Shown here: positions 44,502 to 47,648 of the stretch, one piece after another
Layout: the number at the start of each line of letters is the position of its first letter
Position numbering within the stretch: the first letter of the stretch is position 1
IMG/VR virus record: IMGVR_UViG_3300025369_000001
Location: 1 to 47,648 of that record
Length of the DNA: 47,648 nt
Strand: one strand, 5' to 3'
Origin: a virus
Lineage: Duplodnaviria; Caudoviricetes
The notes under the pieces: generated by a model
What the model saw: only the letters and a program-made list of their open reading frames with translations
What the model was told of the DNA's origin: nothing
Databases searched by the model: none
Position numbers and translations under genes: made by a program

Positions 44502-45803
44502 ATGCCAAATATCGTAAATGTCGTTGTAAGGCAACAGGTAGCAGGCGCTCCTAATACTTTACAGCAAACAGGTGCTTTGATTTCTCAAGGCGCAACAAAT
44601 TTAACAACTGGTACAACACAGTTGCTTACACAAGCATCTGATTTAACACCATTGCTAAAAGCAGCAGTTAATATCTCTGGTATTACTTGGTCAGCTGGTT
44701 TAGCTACAGTAACAACAACTTCAGCTCATGGAATCCCTAGCGGAGACACAATTAAAGTAGTTATTTCTGGTGTTAATCCTACTGGCTATAATGGTACAGT
44801 TAATGCTACTTATGTAAGCTCAACTAGCTTTAGTTATCCATTAGCTTCTAATCCAGGTAATTATGTATCTGGTGGTGCAGTGATCTTAGAAGATAGCCAA
44901 GAGCTTTATGCTATGGTTCAAACCTTCTTTGCTCAAGGCAAAACTCTAGGTGTTTATATCCTAGAATTGGGTGCAGGAACTCCAGCGCAAGGTGTTACAT
45001 CTTTAACAGCTTATATTGCTAATCCTACAATTCAATTTTATAGCTATCTATTACCTTATGCTTGGGATACAGAACCTACAGCAGTTTCATTAGCAAGAGC
45101 TAATAATGGTACTACAGCAGAAATTTATTTCTATGTAAGTACTACTTTAGTTACTTATACAGCATGGAATGGTATTAAATCAGTATTTGCAGTAGTTCCT
45201 AACCCAGCAGCACCTGTAACAGAATTTAGTGCAGCTGCATTCTTCTGGGTAACTCTAAGCTACAACCCAAGTGCAGCTAATTTAGCTTCACCACTTGAAT
45301 ATACTTATATCTATGGCGTAACAGATTACAGCTCTGTTTTAACAAACACACAAGAAACTCAATTGTTAGCAGCTGGTGTTAATTATGTAGGTACAGGCGC
45401 ACAAGGTGGTATTTCAAATACCTTGATTTATGGTGGTACTTTCATGGACTTAAATCCATTTAATTACTGGTATGCTGTTGATTGGCTTTCAATTAATGTC
45501 GCTGAATCTTTAGCTGGCGCTATTATTAATGGCAGTAATTTATCTACTAATCCGCTTTACTACAATCAAGCAGGTATTAATACCTTACAAAAAGTAGCAC
45601 AAGCAACAGTAAATAATGGTATTTCTTTTGGATTAATTCTTTCACCTGCAACAGTAACAGCAGTACCTTTCAGTACTTATGTCACTGAAAATCCAGGTGA
45701 TTATGCAACAGGCGCTTATAATGGTCTAGCTTGCACCTTTGTACCACAAAGAGGATTCTCTGAAATTACTATCTACTTAACTGCAAGCAACATCCCAACT
45801 TAA
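44502..45803 (+). CDS. contractile tail sheath protein (DUF3383-like)
   Basis: NIVNVVV start; WYAVDWL; LYYNQAGI motifs. Confidence 0.8.
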   Translation: MPNIVNVVVRQQVAGAPNTLQQTGALISQGATNLTTGTTQLLTQASDLTPLLKAAVNISGITWSAGLATVTTTSAHGIPSGDTIKVVISGVNPTGYNGTVNATYVSSTSFSYPLASNPGNYVSGGAVILEDSQELYAMVQTFFAQGKTLGVYILELGAGTPAQGVTSLTAYIANPTIQFYSYLLPYAWDTEPTAVSLARANNGTTAEIYFYVSTTLVTYTAWNGIKSVFAVVPNPAAPVTEFSAAAFFWVTLSYNPSAANLASPLEYTYIYGVTDYSSVLTNTQETQLLAAGVNYVGTGAQGGISNTLIYGGTFMDLNPFNYWYAVDWLSINVAESLAGAIINGSNLSTNPLYYNQAGINTLQKVAQATVNNGISFGLILSPATVTAVPFSTYVTENPGDYATGAYNGLACTFVPQRGFSEITIYLTASNIPT

Positions 45804-45815
45804 GGAGAATAAATA

Positions 45816-46262
45816 ATGGCGAATCCACAAATACAACAAGGTACTTTAAATAGACTACTAGCAAGTGTAGTCTATGCTAACTATCAACAACTCAATGTCA
45901 CTGCTTCTTACCTTGCTAAAGAAGCTATCAGTCTTTCTTTTGATGGTGACACTTCACAACTTATTGGTACTTTAACAGGCGCTGTAACAAGCCCAGAGCC
46001 ATATATTTATGGAACTGTGACTATGCACCTATTAAGAACTCAAGCTTTAGGTGATGCCTATAAGCGTCAAATTGAAGTTAATACAACTCTAGGATCAGTA
46101 ACAGTACATCCTGACTCAGTTGCATTATCTCCATTTGAGTTAAATAACTGTGTTTTACAAAGTGTTCAAGAAGTTGCTTTTGATGGCACACAAGCTGGTC
46201 TTATTGTGCGATTAAGAGGTATTTACAGTATCAATGCTGCATTATTTGCTGCTGGTGCTTAA
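45816..46262 (+). CDS. tail tube protein
   Basis: 148 aa; follows the sheath gene and is followed by a terminator. Confidence 0.75.
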   Translation: MANPQIQQGTLNRLLASVVYANYQQLNVTASYLAKEAISLSFDGDTSQLIGTLTGAVTSPEPYIYGTVTMHLLRTQALGDAYKRQIEVNTTLGSVTVHPDSVALSPFELNNCVLQSVQEVAFDGTQAGLIVRLRGIYSINAALFAAGA

Positions 46263-46269
46263 TTGATCT

Positions 46270-46305
46270 ATACCCCTGAGTCATTGGGCTTGGGGGTATT
46301 TTTTT
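46270..46305 (+). terminator. intrinsic terminator after the tube gene
   Basis: ATACCCCTGAGTC-ATTG-GGCTTGGGGGTAT followed by a T run. Confidence 0.8.
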
Positions 46306-46318
46306 AAAAGGACAGAAA

Positions 46319-46879
46319 ATGAGAATTAACCAAAAATTAAATCTTGTGATCCCATTTGAAACTGGTGATGACAAGACTATATATATTCACTCAAGCCCTA
46401 TTAGTAGGGATTTGTTTGAGCAGTTTTACTCTGAATTAGGCGCTGTATTTACTAATTGTATGTCAGGCATGAATGAAGCTCATTTAGCTTTATCAGCCCC
46501 ACAATTAGCTTATCCTGCATTAAAGTCCATTACTAAAAAGAATGGTACTTGGGATGGAGTTAAGTTTGGATTAGTAAATGAAATAATAAGACTTACCAAT
46601 GTCTTATTTACTGGTGAAAAAGGCTGGGAATCATTACCCTTAGAAGTAGCTAAAAAACAAGGCATACTTGATGAAGCTGAAGAAAGTGAGGTGCTTTCTG
46701 ACCTAATTTTTTTTATAGCAATATCATCGGTAGCTCCGAAGCAATTTCGACAAGCTTTTTTAGCAGCGGCAGGATCGATAAGAAACTGGGATTTTACTTC
46801 ATCCAACTCTATGGAATACATGAGTGGCTTGCAGACATCGACAGAGAAAGAAACTACCTCGCAGACAGTGATAGCATAG
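46319..46879 (+). CDS. tail assembly chaperone (G)
   Basis: Lies between tube and tape measure. Confidence 0.7.
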   Translation: MRINQKLNLVIPFETGDDKTIYIHSSPISRDLFEQFYSELGAVFTNCMSGMNEAHLALSAPQLAYPALKSITKKNGTWDGVKFGLVNEIIRLTNVLFTGEKGWESLPLEVAKKQGILDEAEESEVLSDLIFFIAISSVAPKQFRQAFLAAAGSIRNWDFTSSNSMEYMSGLQTSTEKETTSQTVIA

Positions 46880-47016
46880 TTGCCTATATTTTTAACTATG
46901 TAAGTACTTCTGGCTTTAGTGATTTTATGAAAGAGTATGGTGCAGAATATACCGATGTCACAGAGTTTAGACAAAGGCATATTTTGAAAGCATTAAAAAG
47001 TCGTTCTTTTTTTTAA
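46702..47016 (+). CDS. -1 frame extension of the tail assembly chaperone (GT form)
   Basis: -1 frame is open 46702-47016 without an early start; slippery T-TTT-TTT at 46708-46714 and T-TTT-TTA at 46756-46762. Confidence 0.6.
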   Translation, partial: PNFFYSNIIGSSEAISTSFFSSGRIDKKLGFYFIQLYGIHEWLADIDRERNYLADSDSIVAYIFNYVSTSGFSDFMKEYGAEYTDVTEFRQRHILKALKSRSFF

Positions 47017-47037
47017 CTAATTGACTATAATTTCGCT

Positions 47038-47648
47038 ATGGCTATTAAATCAGTAATTGAGATAGATGTACTAGACGAGAAATTCCAAGAATTTCTAGTT
47101 GCCTTTGAGCAATACAAAGAAGCTGTTGAAAGAATGCCTAAAGACTGGCAAAAGATCAATGAGCAAACTAAAAAGACATCCCTAGATTCTGAGAAGGCTG
47201 TAAAAGGTCATACCAAATCACTTAAAGACTATATGAGAGCTATCGATGATAGCAATGAAAGTCTTAAACTTACCCAAAAAATAACTACAGTAATTAGTGG
47301 AAATATGAATAATATTTCCTCAATCGCAGGTAAATTCCTATCTTTATTTGGTACAGAAGGCGCTTTAGCATCATTAGCATTAGGTATTGCTGGTGGAGCT
47401 ATATCATCTACTGTAGAAGATGTATCAGAGAAAAGAAGGCAGGCTGCTGGTCTTGGATTAAGAGATACTGCTGAATTAAGGGCTGCTGAGATTGCATTTA
47501 AGCGCTTTGGTGATGTATCCGCAGATTTAAGCAAAATAGCAGATTTACAGACAAAATTATCCCCTTACCTACAACAGATGGTAGGCAAAGAAAATATTGG
47601 TAAAGATGCAGCACAACTCTACCCACTCATAGTACAAAAATTCCTTGA
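47038..47648 (+). CDS. 5' part of tape measure protein (continues across the circular join)
   Basis: MAIKSVIEIDV... is open to the window end and joins in frame with 2-1018. Confidence 0.85.
   Translation, partial: MAIKSVIEIDVLDEKFQEFLVAFEQYKEAVERMPKDWQKINEQTKKTSLDSEKAVKGHTKSLKDYMRAIDDSNESLKLTQKITTVISGNMNNISSIAGKFLSLFGTEGALASLALGIAGGAISSTVEDVSEKRRQAAGLGLRDTAELRAAEIAFKRFGDVSADLSKIADLQTKLSPYLQQMVGKENIGKDAAQLYPLIVQKFL
47550..47648. repeat. 99-bp terminal direct repeat (right copy)
   Basis: Identical to 1-99. Confidence 0.95.

Noticed and set aside
46510-47534. Minus-strand ORFs of 156 and 101 aa
   Set aside because: Antisense to the chaperone and tape-measure genes
1-47648. Stop-codon reassignment
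   Set aside because: Coding density is high and core genes are intact under the standard code

Overview
The window is an apparently complete, AT-rich tailed phage genome. Bases 1-99 are identical to 47550-47648, which implies a circularly assembled unit of about 47,549 bp, and the tape-measure gene spans the join. The virion module is myovirus-like: terminases, DUF1073-type portal, MuF, protease with an internal NUDIX domain, scaffold, capsid, sheath, tube, a chaperone with a probable -1 frameshift, baseplate, five fibre/adhesin genes and a lysis cassette. A lambdoid-type replication/recombination module is also present (O-like initiator, RusA, Sak, YqaJ, SSB, NinB, Ref-like nuclease, DNA methylase). 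I recognised no integrase, repressor, polymerase, tRNA or CRISPR array. The most striking item is missing from the ORF track: a stand-alone 23-aa pqqA gene (26041-26112, PQQ cofactor precursor) with its own RBS and terminator, which points to a methylotrophic Methylophilaceae-like host. Other candidates are a leader-peptide/pseudoknot switch in front of the replication initiator, further pseudoknotted 5' leaders, a structured RNA complementary to the phage's recurrent AAGGACAG RBS, and period-5 motifs that may dock the fibres. All family assignments come from motif recognition by eye, not from database searches.
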